Origin: Podarcis erhardii
Lineage: Eukaryota
Length of the DNA: 64,000 bases
NCBI GenBank assembly: GCA_964252035.1
Contig: OZ176206.1
Strand: one strand, 5' to 3'
Shown: in pieces, positions 52,001 to 63,597 of the stretch
Layout of the letters: each line of letters opens with the position of its first letter
Numbering within the stretch: position 1 is the stretch's first letter
Translations under genes and position numbers: made by a program
Notes under the pieces: model-generated
Told to the model about the DNA's origin: nothing
The model's database searches: none
The model's input: only the letters and a program-made list of their open reading frames with translations

Positions 52001-55000
52001 TCCTTGGTTTGGAATTCAAACTTCCTTGAGTAATAATGACTGGCTTTCACAAATGGAAAACATTATAGCGTAGTGAATTTCCCCCCCAGTGGGATCATCC
52101 TATGAGCAACAGAAGACCTTCTCCCTCCCACTACAAATCTTAGGGTATGAAGATTTCTCAATACTCACGCTAGTTGCTCCACCCAGAAGCTAAATTGAAA
52201 AGGAAATTCAACTTGTTAGTCTGTCATGTTCTCTTAACTGCTTAACATGTGGAAATGTCATGTAACACATATTTAGGTCCTAAGGCAAGGATTCCCCTAT
52301 TCATCAAGGAAACATAAGAAGAGAAAGCAGAAGCGATCTGAACTGATTCAGTCTCATGTGCATCACAGCTGGAAATAGTGGAGGTGGGGCATAAAGCAGA
52401 AAATCTGAAAACCATTTTTAGAAAAATCATTCGGGTTTTCATTTGGGTATACTATTTGCTAGCCAGATCCTGCTCCCATATGTTTCCTAAGAAACCTTCT
52501 GGATTTTCACTTCCACTACAACAATGTTCTGAACAGAAGGAAAAGTGGATGCCAAGAAGATCAGCTCCCCCAAGCAAATACAGAGAGAAAGAGTTCAGGC
52601 CCTGTACTGAGTGGTCTTATTTGGGGTGGAGCACACAGGAAGACACATGAATATCCATCACCAACTGTGGTGTGCTTGGTGAGCATGGGTGATAGGGTCT
52701 TCTTGGTGGCTGTGCTCAGGTTATGGAACTCAGCCATGGAAGAGTTCCATCTCTTGGGCATCAGCTAAACACAACAAAATTTAAGTGTACATTTCGCTAC
52801 TAGATAAGTGATATTTCTCCCATGTCTGTCATTGCTGGCAGTTTGCATGGGTGTTGCTTCGTATGCTTTCTTGGTTTCAATGACTACTCTCCTTACATTA
52901 CTTCTTAGCCATCCTGAGGCACCTATTTTAGGATGGATCCCAAGTGCTTCAGTTAGATGTGGTTCACAGTTGCCATCAGACAGGGGATGGCCAAATAGGT
53001 CCCTTCTGGTTTCTCTCAGATCCTCATTTTCCCAAAGGAGAGGATACCAGACAAACCAACTCACAGGGACAAAAGGATAGCAGAGGGACATAACGTTTGA
53101 AAAGTCTCATTCAGGAAATAACTAGAATTTTTTTCTAGCCTCCATTCAAAATATTGATTTTCATTTCCAGTATAAAAAAATCCCAAAGAGAAGGACAGGC
53201 TCCCAATGCCCCTTAATCCCCCCCCCCCAATAACAGTATAATGACTGAGCCCAGAATAAATTCTATTGATTCAGGGGCTTTTTGTGTTAGTTTCAGATTT
53301 CCAGAATCAATCAGGAAACTACAACACAACTAAATGTTAATAAATAAATAAATAAAAATTTCAATTGAAAAGTCACAATAAATACTGGATACTTACTGGA
53401 GATCTCTTCTTCCTCTGTTGTTAGTTTACAAAGGGAAACAATAGTGGTTTTTTTAGTTTTTTGCTTTTTTGTTTTTCATATATTTTGTCATCAAATATAT
53501 TCCAAGAAAATACAGAAAAGATCAAATTGTTATTTATTTCTATTCACATCCCGTTACTAAGTATATTACAGGAGAAACACATTATATTTGCTTCTGTTTC
53601 TGCTCAATCTCTATATCACAGTGGTACCTCTGGTTAAGAACTTAATTTGTTCTGGAGGTCCGTTCTTAACCTGAAACTGTTTTTAACCTGAAGCACCACT
53701 TTATCTAATGGGGCCTCCCGCTGCCGCTGCACAATTTCTGTTCTCATCCTGAAGCAAAGTTCTTAACCCGAGGTACGATTTCTGGGTTAGCGCAGTCTGT
53801 AAACTGAAGCGTCTGTAAACTGAAGCGTCTGTAACCCGAGGTACCACTGTACATTCAACTGTCAACATAACATGAGGGTAATGTTCTAGGGACAACTCAT
53901 AAAGCTAAAATCGTGTATAATCAAAACACATTCTCCCTGCACCTCCAAACACTCTCCCAAGGTGGGGTTGCCAAAGTCCCCCCCCCCCAAAAAAAACCCC
54001 TCCACTCCTTATTTATTTACTTTTTGCCAAGTGAGTAAAGCTGAATGGTGCCGCATTCCTAGATGGCAGAGGCTTCACTGGGGGAAGGAACTCAACCTTC
54101 AGAGCTTTTCCTGCTGGACCGTGGGGCCATAAGCCCCCATGGCCTATCAGGAACCAAATCCTAGCCTGCACCCTGCTTTGGCAACTGCAGTTCCTGGAGG
54201 TAGCAGTATCTGCTAACATTATACTGAAAAAGTCTCATTTTTATCCATAATACAGACAGTTATCAATCTATCAAAAATATGTATCAAATAGCATATCACT
54301 TCAATCATTTGTCTCTGAAACACCAAGATTAAGAGCAAGGAAGCGGTCCCTGTTTTTTGGGGGGGGGGGTTAGCTTTTCAAATCTCCCTAAAGTTAATGG
54401 ATGTCGAAGAAAAGTAATACAATACTTACAGAAAGTCCAGGCAGGCCCTAAAATAGAAAACAGTGTGTTTTGTGAAAACATCATTTGAGACAAAATAAGC
54501 AAATCTGGGCATGCTTCCCAACACTACTATACAGATCTCCAGATTTAAGGGAAACAAAGTTCCTGAGAGCACATATGAATAGTTGAGCACAGTTAAATCA
54601 CAACAGCCACTTCTGTGGGACACTGTTATGAACTAAGGGATACTTCTCGACTTCATGATCACAATTAATATACCACATTTTTTCGTCTATAAGACACCGC
54701 CTATCTTGGGGGCCTCAAAATTTAGAAAATAGGTGGAGACTGAGCTTTTGGGAAGGATTATTTGGGGGGGGGATGCCAAAAATTGTTCACCCAACAGAAT
54801 GCAGCACACAACCCCTTGCATTGCTTACAATCTCCGCTTACAATCTCGGGCTCGCGCCAAAAAACATTCGCCCGTCCCCCCTTGGCACTACCCATGTATA
54901 AGACAACCCTAAATTTTGAACCTCATTTTTGGGTCAAAAAAGTTTGTCTTATACATGGAAAAATATGGTATAACATGTTTGATTACTAAAAGCAGTTGCA

Positions 55001-58000
55001 AAGATTAGGGCCCTGAACCAAATTTTCATACTTCTAAAAGGAAGAGCCAAGCTGTGGTGTTTTTCTATTCTTGTTAAAAAGGAAAAAGAAACTTTTTGGA
55101 TATCGCTAAGGCTAAATAAGACTAAAGGTAAGTAATGTCTAATACTCACAGGCACTGGCAGGCTATTCTAAAATAGAAAGCAAGAATCCATTTTAACATA
55201 ATCAATATAACATAATCAGTGTAATTAATAAATAAACACACACAAAAACACACATCCCCCTTCTTTTAGTAAAAGTACCTAGTGGCCATACAGTGTTATC
55301 AAAAAATATACAAAATAAAATAAAATGCACAATGAAAACATAAAACCAGTTTCTAAATATGCAGCATAAGGGCTCAGTTCCTCAGAGGTTAATGTAAATG
55401 GGAACAGTAGGCAATCACTCTGCAAAGCAAGGTGTTTCCTCAGTAGATATTCACAGTATCCTCATCGGACTGTAATCAGGCCAGCATAGTTCAGGCAGAA
55501 CCCTGCTATGAACAAAGGGATACTTCTCGACTGCATGATCACAATTAATATACCACATTTTTCTGTCTATAAGACGCCCCTATTTTGGGGGCCTCAATAT
55601 ATAGAATATAGGGGGAGATTGAGCTTTTGGGAAGGATTATTTGGGGGGGATGCCAAAAATTGTTCACCCGACAGAATGCAGCACACAACCCCTTGCATTG
55701 CTTACAATCTCCGCTTACAATCTCGGGCTCACGCCAAAAGACATTCGCCCGTCCCCCCTTGGCACTACCCATGTATAAGACAACCCTAAATTTTGAACCT
55801 CATTTTTGGGTCAAAAAAGTTTGTCTTATACATGGAAAAATATGGTATAACATGTTTGATTACTAAAAGCAGTTGCAAAGATTAGGGCCCTGAACCAAAT
55901 TTTCATACTTCTAAAAGGAAGAGCCAAGCTGTGGTGTTTTTCTATTCTCGTTAAAAGGGAAAAAGAAACTTTTTGGATATCGCTAAGGCTAAATAAGACT
56001 AAAGGTAAGTAATGTCTAATACTCACAACCACTGGCAGGCCATTCTAAAATAGAAAGCAAGAATCCATTTTAACATAATCAATATAACATAATCAGTATA
56101 AGTAATAAATAAACACACACAAAAACACACATCCCCCTTCTTTTAGTAAAAGTACCTAGTGTGGCATACAGTGTTATCATAAAAATATAAAAAATATAAT
56201 AAAATGCACAATGAAAACATAAAACCAGTTTCTAAATATGCAGCATAAGGGCTCAGTTCCTCAGAGGTTAATGTAAATGGGAACAGTAGGCAATCACTCT
56301 GCAAAGCAAGGTGTTTCCTCAGTAGATAATCACAGTATCCTAATTGAACTGTAATCAGGCCAGCATAGTTCAGGCAGAACCCTGCATAGGAGTGCTTGCA
56401 TAGTTCTTTCAGGCAATAGCCACATACCCTCCAACATTTCTTCAATGAAAATAAGGATGTCTCATTCCATAATGATCATTTTACTATTTATACCCCACAC
56501 ATTGTACTGGGTGGCCCAGCCATTCTGGGTGGCTTCCAACATATATTAAAAACATGAAACATAAAGAAAAAATCCCTCTACAGGATTGCCTTCAGACGGC
56601 ACAGGGGTCGGATGTCTCCACACCCTCCAACAATGATACAATGAATGTAGGGATGTCCTAAAGAAAAGTGGGACATTCCGGGATAAAATCAGAAACCCGT
56701 ATGGCTTCTCTAAATCAGGGACGTCCCTGGAAAATCGTTACACTTGGGGGGGGTCTGTAGCCATAACATAGAAAATACAGTACTGGATCACATCTACACC
56801 ATATATTTAAAAGACATTCAAGTGCTTTTAAAGCACAGGTCTTAATGAGCTTCTAAAGCACATGGATAATCATTGCCCAAAGGTTAGTAATATAGAGAAC
56901 TTATAAGTACTTCAGCTGGGAGGTTCTAAAACACAAAACAGCAAGTTATGTGAAAACATCATTTGGGACATAAAGAAGCAAAACTGGGCAAACCTCCCAA
57001 CACTAATATATCTATGGCTCTCCAGAATGAAGGGGAACATAGCTCCTGAGAGCATTTGTAAGCCCAGTCACCTTTTTATATATTGGACATCATCAGAAGT
57101 CACAAAAGCTTCTTTAAGTCTGTCTTTGATATCATGTACAGAAATGGTAACCTATGAGGTATATGGGGAAGTGTGCTATTTAAGACTAAAGGAATGTATT
57201 TAGAATTAGGGTTGCCATATCTTAAAGAGCAAAAAAAAGAGGACAGTCCAAGCCGGGGAAAGAGGTGCAGGTGTGGGGGGCGGCGACCACTGTGCCACTA
57301 CACCTCTTTCTGATCTCCCTAAAGTTAATGAATGTCCAAGAAAAGTAATTCAATACAATTACAGAAAGTCCAGGCACGCCCTAAAATAGAAACCAGTGTG
57401 TTTTGTGAAAACATTGTTTTGTAAAAACAGGTTGTGCACAACATATGAATAGTTGTGCACAATTAAAGCTTAAAGGTTTAGCCACTTTTCTCTTTCCATC
57501 GGCATGAATTTACTATTTAACTCATCAACATAATAAGACACCGCTGGGGAACACTTCAATGAAATGAGCTGCAAAATCTTGCAGTAAAGACAAGCCCCCC
57601 TGCCCCAACAAAGGATTAAGGCTTTACATAGAGGATTTCTAGTACTTACACCTCCAAGAAGGTTCTAAAAAGATAAAGAAAGCAATTATTCCATCATGTT
57701 TTCTGAACACAAGAATGATAAATATAGCAAACATTTTGATTATTTCTCACTGGTAAAGGTGGACCCCCACAGTGTGTATCTGAAGAAGTGTGCATGCACA
57801 CGAAAGCTCATACCAAGAACTGACTTAGTTGGTCTTTAAGGTGCTACTGGAAGGAATTTGTTTTGTTTTGACTATGGCAGACCAACACGGCTACCTATCT
57901 GTAACCCCACAGGAAGGTCACTGTTGTTTCTCTCTCCTACAGTTCACCCATATCCTCTCAGTCTGCTTTCCATGCTTCAGGTCATGGATTTCTTCAGAAG

Positions 58001-61000
58001 TGTACACATCCTTTACATATAATGCTACTCCTTCTCCATTCCTGTTTGGTCTATTCCTTTTAAACTGTATATACCACTCAGTTCCTACATTCCAGTCATG
58101 AGCCTTATCCTGCCAGGGTCCAGTACTGCCTGCTAGGTCACTTTTGCCAAGCTGAATTAAAATAAATTTTTAGACAATCAACATCTCTTTTAAGCAATGT
58201 TTCCTTAGTTTTAATGCCCTTTAATATATTTGTGGGAGTATAGAAAATCAGGCACACTTCTGGCATAAGCATCTCTTTCCCAGAAGTATTTGGTTACTTT
58301 GTGTAGTGAATGGCCAAAGTAGGGAAAATGGATCATTAAGGCATTACATAGGGGATTTCCAATACTCACAGTTCCGCCAGTAAGTCCCTCAGTAAGGCCC
58401 TAAAGAAGATAAAGAAATAAGTTAGTCCATGTTTTATGAAAATGATAAATATAGTGAACATTTTGATGATTTCACACTGGCAAATGTGGACTTGCTGCCT
58501 GTTCTATAAAGGTCTCACTTATGTCAAATTTCCACAATAGAAGGCATCATTGACTGGATATCCTACTGGGAGCATCTGGGGTGAGCTATGAGATTGAAGC
58601 CAGCTTCTCGCTCCACTAGGATGCTTTCCCTTACTGACATGGTGGTGCCCAGTGTCAGTCCTGTTCCTGCCACTGTGCAGGTTCAGGTAGTCTGGAACCA
58701 ATGCCTAAGCAACAACTCACATGATGTAATCAATAAAGTTGTGGCCAAAATTAATGCCAAAAAACCTTAAACTAAATTCTGTGTCAATTGTGACATTATT
58801 TTGGGGGTGGTTTTGGGGGTCTTCACAGGCAATTAAATCACAACAGCTACTTCTGTGGGACAGCTCTAGGAAATAAGAGACACTATCTGACTGTACAACC
58901 CTAATTAAAATATAAAATATTACTGTATATATTTGCTTTTTTAAACTTAGTTGCAAAGATTAGGGCCCTGAACCAAATTTTCATACTTCTAAAAGGAAGA
59001 GCCAAGCTGTGGTGTTTTTCTCTTCTAGTTAAAAAGGAAAAAGAAACTTTTTGGATATCGCTAAGGCTAAATAAGACTAAAGGTAAGTAATGTCTAATAC
59101 TCACAGACACAGGCAGGCCATTCTAAAATAGAAAGCAAGAATCCATTTTAACATAATCAATATAACATAATCAGTATAATTAATAAATAAACACACACAA
59201 AAACACACATCCCCCTTCTTTTAGTAAAAGTATCTAGTGTGGCATACAGTGTTATCATAAAAATATAAAAAATATAATAAAATGCACAATGAAAACATAA
59301 AACCAGTTTCTAAATATGCAGCATAAGGGCTCAGTTCCTCAGAGGTTAATGTAAATGGGAACAGTAGGCAATCACTCTGCAAAGCAAGGTGTTTCCTCAG
59401 TAGATAATCACAGTATCCTAATTGAACTGTAATCAGGCCAGCATAGTTCAGGCAGAACCCTGCATAGGAGTGCTTGCATAGTTCTTTCAGGCAATAGCCA
59501 CATACCCTCCAACATTTCTTCAATGAAAATAAGGATGTCTCATTCCATAATGATCATTTTACTATTTATACCCCACACATTGTACTGGGTGGCCCAGCCA
59601 TTCTGGGTGGCTTCCAACATATATTAAAAACATGAAACATAAAGAAAAAATCCCTCTACAGGATTGCCTTCAGACGGCACAGGGGTCGGATGTCTCCACA
59701 CCCTCCAACAATGATACAATGAATGTAGGGATGTCCTAAAGAAAAGTGGGACATTCCAGGATAAAATCAGAAACCCGTATGGCTTCTCTAAATCAGGGAC
59801 GTCCCTGGAAAATCGTTACACTTGGGGGGGGGGTCTGTAGCCATAACATAGAAAATACAGTACTGGATCACATCTACACCATATATTTAAAAGACATTCA
59901 AGTGCTTTTAAAGCACAGGTCTTAATGAGCTTCTAAAGCACATGGATAATCATTGCCCAAAGGTTAGTAATATAGAGAACTTATAAGTACTTCAGCTGGG
60001 AGGTTCTAAAACACAAAACAGTAAGTTATGTGAAAACATCATTCGGGACATAAAGAAGCAAAACTGGGCAAACCTCCCAACACTAATATATCTATGGCTC
60101 TCCAGAATGAAGGGGAACATAGCTCCTGAGAGCATTTGTAAGCCCAGTCACCTTTTTATATATTGGACATCATCAGAAGTCACAAAAGCTTCTTTAAGTC
60201 TCTCTTTGATATCATGTACAGAAATGGTAACCTATGAGGTATATGGGGAAGTGTGCTATTTAAGACTAAAGGAATGTATTTAGAATTAGGGTTGCCATAT
60301 CTTAAAGAGCAAAAAAAAGAGGACAGTCCAAGCCGGGGAAAGAGGTGCAGGTGTGGGGGGCGGCGACCACTGTGCCACTACACCTCTTTCTGATCTCCCT
60401 AAAGTTAATGAATGTCCAAGAAAAGTAATTCAATACAATTACAGAAAGTCCAGGCACGCCCTAAAATAGAAACCAGTGTGTTTTGTGAAAACATTGTTTT
60501 GTAAAAACAGGTTGTGTACAACATATGAATAGTTGTGCACAATTAAAGCTTAAAGGTTTAGCCACTTTTCTCTTTCCATCGGCATGAATTTACTATTTAA
60601 CTCATCAACATAATAAGACACCGCTGGGGAACACTTCAATGAAATGAGCTGCAAAATCTTGCAGTAAAGACAAGCCCCCCTGCCCCAACAAAGGATTAAG
60701 GCTTTACATAGAGGATTTCTAGTACTTACACCTCCAAGAAGGTTCTAAAAAAGATAAAGAAAGCAATTATTCCATCATGTTTTCTGAACACAAGAATGAT
60801 AAATATAGCAAACATTTTTATTATTTCTCACTGGTAAAGGTGGACCCCCCAGGAAGGTCACTGTTGTTTCCATGCTTCAGGTCATGGATTTCTTCAGAAG
60901 CAGTGGTGTAGCGTGGGTTGTCAGCACCCGGGGCAAGGCAAGTAATTTGCGCCCCTTAACCCGTGGATTTGCGCCCCCTAACCTGTGGATTTGCGCCCCC

Positions 61001-63597
61001 TAACCCGTGGATTTGCCCTAACCCCAGATGTTGTGCCCGGTGTGGCCGGCCCCCCCTGCCCCCCCACGCTATGCCACTGTTCAGAAGTGTACACATCCTT
61101 TACATATAATGCTACTCCTTCTCCATTCCTGTTTGGTCTATTCCTTTTAAACTATATATATACCACTCAGTTCCTACATTCCAGTCATGAGCCTTATCCT
61201 GCCAGGGTCCAGTACTGCCTGCTAGGTCACTTTTGCCAAGCTGAATTAAAAGCTGTAATTGGTCTTGCTTGTTTCCCATGCTCTGTTAATTTGGGTAAAG
61301 ACAACTGTCTTATCAAAATATCTTAGTGAGAACGTGGAAGTTCATCTGGACATAATACAATCATATTCAAAGCTCTCCAGCATTACAGAGAACAATGTCT
61401 CTGATACAACTTAAGAATAGTTGAACACATCAGAGTCAGTCTGGAGTGGCTAGATTTGTACTACGCATATTGCAATTAAATACCCTTGCCTTCAATGGAG
61501 CCCTGGTATAGCTCTGTGGATCTCTTCAGTCACGTGCAAAACACATCTAGGAACTGAGAGACACTTCTTAACTAGGCGACCAAATATAACACACATAATA
61601 GTTTTTCATTTTTATGCAAAGTAATAGGTCTTTACTCTCTATTTGACATAAGTCTCATCAACATTGAATCTCTTCACAATTTAGACAGCATCATTGCCTG
61701 GACTTCCAACTCTTCAAATGGTGGCCTGTTGCTGGAAAGACAACTACAGAAGTCCCAGATGATGCAGTCTGTTATTCTTTGTGGCCCTGTTGATATTTCA
61801 TCTGGTGTAAAGCTAAGCATCACTGTAACTGCATGCAAAACTTTGAAGCCAATGTCAAACTTCCGTCTGTGACCATACAGCCAGATTGTATCTGACATAT
61901 TCAGACTCTCTTTAAAAACAACAAGAAGTCTGATCATGGTTTGCAGAGAATGGCTATGCCCTTCCTCCTCTGTTGACCCCCGGTGACAATTAATAATGTT
62001 CCAATTAAAAGTAACTTGCAATACTCACGTCTAGTAAACCGCCATCCTGAAATAAAAAGGAGGAAATCAATTTTTAGACATCAACATCTCTTTTAAGCAA
62101 TGTTTCTTTAGTTTTAACGCCCTTTAATATCTTTGTGGGAGTATACAAAATCAGGCACACTTCTGGCATAAACATCTCTTTCCCAGAAATATTTGGGTTG
62201 TTTGTGCAGTGAATGGCCATAACAGGGAAAACGCAGCATTGGCATTCATAACCTACATGAGGTATCTTCAACCTTTTCTAGACCCAGGACTCACTAACTA
62301 GGTGATCAAATATAAGATACCTAACAGGTTTTTGTTTTTGTTTAGATTTTGTATGATATTATATACCTTCACATAATACTTTGGTTTACGTATTTGTTTT
62401 TCCAAATTATAAGGGCCATGTCATGCAGCCAGTATGCCTTAACCACTTCAATCACACAGCAGTATTGTGGCACAAATCTCATCAGCCAATACTGAGGGAC
62501 ACTTCAATGAACTAATCTGCAAAATCTTGCCCAAAACACAAGCCTCTCCCTGAGTGAAGGATGTTGTGGATCATTAAGGCATTACATAGAGGATTTCCAA
62601 TACTCACATTTCCACCAAGAACGCCCTAAAGATGATAAAGAAATATGTTAGTCAATCGTATTATAGGAACATGATAAATATAGTGAACATTTTGATGATT
62701 TCACACTGACAAATGTGGACTTGCTGCCTGTTCTAAATAGGTCTCGCTTATGTCAAATTTCTTCAATAGAAGGCATCATTGATCTTTCCCCTCTTAGGAT
62801 GCTAGTCCAGGGCCACCTACTCCTTATGTTTAAAACCACAGGCACATTTCATCTATCTTTGTGTGTTTGTGGGGGGGGGGGTGTTTTATCTGCCTTCAAG
62901 GATTGTTGCCATGGTACTGCTATGAGTATGCAAGGAGAAAGTAGGCTGTATACAAGGTCCTTTATCTGCTGTAAACCTGGGCATCACTGTAACAACATGC
63001 AGAACTTTGAAGCCTGATAGACCTACCAAATAACTCCTAGAGCTGTTGAATTTCGTTGGACCTGATGACAGAGCTTTGCAGCCAAGGAGTCTTGATGTTT
63101 CATTGGAACAGCATTTCTCAAAGCAACTTTGCAACTTCTACCATTGGGACTGCTTTCCATTTTGCAGCCATTGCTACTCACCCTTCACCAGTAATGATGC
63201 TGCTCCAGGACAAACTACTCCTTATGTTAAAGCCACAATAACATTTAATTTCTCTCACTCTTTCTGTTTCTCTGTGTTAAATATCTTGAAAGGTTGGAGG
63301 TATTTCCCTCTCTAATTAAAAGTAATATAAAATACTCACACTAGTAAACCACTACTATGAGATAGAAAGGAGAAAGGAGTACGCAGAACTTTGAAGCCAA
63401 TGTCAGACTTCCACCTGTGACCATACAGCCAGATTGTATCTGACATATCATTCAAACTGTCTTTAAAAACAACAAGAAGTCTGATCATGGTTTGCAGAGA
63501 ATGGCTATGCCCTTCCGCCTCTGTTGACTCCCAGCGACAATTAATAATGTTCCAATTAAAAGTAACTTGCAATACTCACGCCTAGTAAACCGCCATT
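32263..63597 (-). CDS. Gene A: micro-exon-encoded, probably secreted polyprotein (partial, 5' end beyond window); 34 coding exons of 15-30 nt, ~249 aa, two RKKR|SP sites
   Basis: Each exon has a pyrimidine tract + AG acceptor and a GT(G/A)AGT donor (GTAATT for the two GVPGLS exons), seen on the + strand as (a)atactcac/atacttac ... cta/ctg. All lengths are multiples of 3. Phase 0 is stop-free; the other frames hit TAG (exon 63580-63597) or TGA (exon 58370-58399). Joined translation: [249 protein letters not shown]. Confidence 0.85.
33188..41709 (-). CDS. Gene A peptide module 2 (10 micro-exons)
   Basis: 41689-41709 LLGGATS; 40962-40988 SLGVSGLVD; 38808-38834 NLDLQKTLQ; 37707-37733 SLRLPEKLQ; 37293-37313 VVDQLLK; 36760-36786 DPEVHSTLE; 35792-35818 RADANGALA; 35416-35436 GLQGLLS; 34316-34342 GLDLNNLLS; 33188-33205 GVTGVV. 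Confidence 0.85.
33719..33960 (-). mobile_element. tRNA-derived squamate SINE (Squam3-like)
   Basis: Reverse complement gagagccagtgtggttaagagc...tgaccttgggccagtcac...(cttctt)n tail. Confidence 0.8.
42864..42881 (-). CDS. Gene A micro-exon RKKRSP (second furin-type site)
   Basis: caacaacag|AGGAAGAAGAGATCTCCA|gtaagt, identical to 53397-53414. Confidence 0.85.
43908..52189 (-). CDS. Gene A peptide module 1 (10 micro-exons of 21/27 nt)
   Basis: 52169-52189 LLGGATS; 51559-51585 SLGVSGLVD; 50218-50238 KLGETVN; 49411-49437 NLDLQKTLQ; 47567-47593 SLALPEKLQ; 47153-47173 VLNQMVN; 46621-46647 DPQVHSTLE; 45618-45644 RADANGALA; 45242-45262 GLQGLLS; 43908-43934 GLDLSKVLG; all tag|...|gtgagt. Confidence 0.85.
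45974..46008. repeat. (TG)n microsatellite, absent at the equivalent site (~36160) of the sister copy
   Basis: Direct reading. Confidence 0.9.
47634..48302 (+). mobile_element. CR1 LINE 3' fragment, present in only one duplicate copy
   Basis: ORF 47661-48125 is a CR1 RT C-terminus ([16 protein letters not shown]); (attctatg)n tail; empty site at ~37765. Confidence 0.92.
49161..49286. mobile_element. Short Penelope-like retroposon fragment, copy-specific
   Basis: agaagtgtgcatgcacacgaaagctcatacc...; flanked by agttctt(c/g)ca; absent at ~38705. Confidence 0.6.
53397..53414 (-). CDS. Gene A micro-exon RKKRSP (first furin-type site)
   Basis: caacaacag|AGGAAGAAGAGATCTCCA|gtaagt; matches the R-X-K/R-R proprotein convertase consensus. 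Confidence 0.85.
53619..53849. mobile_element. Tc1/mariner MITE, absent from the sister copy (~43100)
   Basis: TIR cagtggtacctc. Confidence 0.85.
54430..63597 (-). CDS. Gene A N-terminal Gly/Leu/Pro-rich module (12 micro-exons, 74 aa)
   Basis: Exons: 63580-63597 NGGLLG; 62608-62625 GVLGGN; 62029-62046 DGGLLD; 60730-60744 NLLGG; 60443-60460 GVPGLS; 59105-59122 NGLPVS; 58370-58399 [10 protein letters not shown]; 57650-57664 NLLGG; 57363-57380 GVPGLS; 56027-56044 NGLPVV; 55150-55167 NSLPVP; 54430-54447 GLPGLS. Confidence 0.8.
54640..56390. repeat. ~877 bp tandem duplication (MITE + NxLPV exon)
   Basis: 55150/56027 offset 877; both copies carry the same MITE. Confidence 0.85.
54670..54970. mobile_element. 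Tc1/mariner-like MITE (duplicated at ~55550-55848)
   Basis: TIR taccacattttt...tataagac / gtcttata...aaaatatggta. Confidence 0.75.
57780..57905. mobile_element. Short Penelope-like retroposon fragment, copy-specific
   Basis: Same family as 49161-49286; absent at ~60848. Confidence 0.6.
60901..61079. mobile_element. hAT-family MITE, copy-specific
   Basis: TIR cagtgg(t/c)(g/a)tagcgtggg; perfect TSD ttcagaag; empty site at ~57995. Confidence 0.88.

Larger units (their letters stand above)
33965..54300. repeat. ~10 kb tandem segmental duplication (copies ~33965-43600 and ~43610-54300)
   Basis: Collinear, highly similar blocks; exon offsets 9592 (34316/43908), 9826 (35416/45242), 10533 (42864/53397); offset differences are largely explained by copy-specific insertions. 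Confidence 0.9.
55870..61250. repeat. ~3.08 kb tandem duplication
   Basis: Offsets 56027/59105 = 3078 and 57363/60443 = 3080; near-identical intron sequence. Confidence 0.9.

Noticed and set aside
34316-52189. Butyrophilin/avian BG-like gene (heptad 21-nt micro-exons)
   Set aside because: Those exons are phase 1 and accompany Ig, TM and often B30.2 exons. None is visible here, and only phase 0 is stop-free.
34000-52300. CRISPR-like array (conserved motif with short variable spacers)
   Set aside because: Eukaryotic DNA; the conserved motifs are splice signals and units are hundreds of bp apart.
52765-53091. Hydrophobic ORFs 52808-53080 (+) and 52765-53091 (-) as TM or signal exons
   Set aside because: No supporting splice structure, and the region is largely absent from the sister duplicate.
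33188-53414. Orthology to dermcidin, KRTDAP/dermokine, an SCPP gene or BPIFB4
   Set aside because: Only motif-level or architectural resemblance from memory. No FLNW motif, no clear SxE exon, no BPI domain, and no synteny in the window, so no gene symbol is given.
63340-63354. Extra gene A exon (TAGTGGTTTACTAGT or WFTS)
   Set aside because: The 15-nt form starts with TAG; the 12-nt form is out of frame with its GGLL sisters. Probably decayed.
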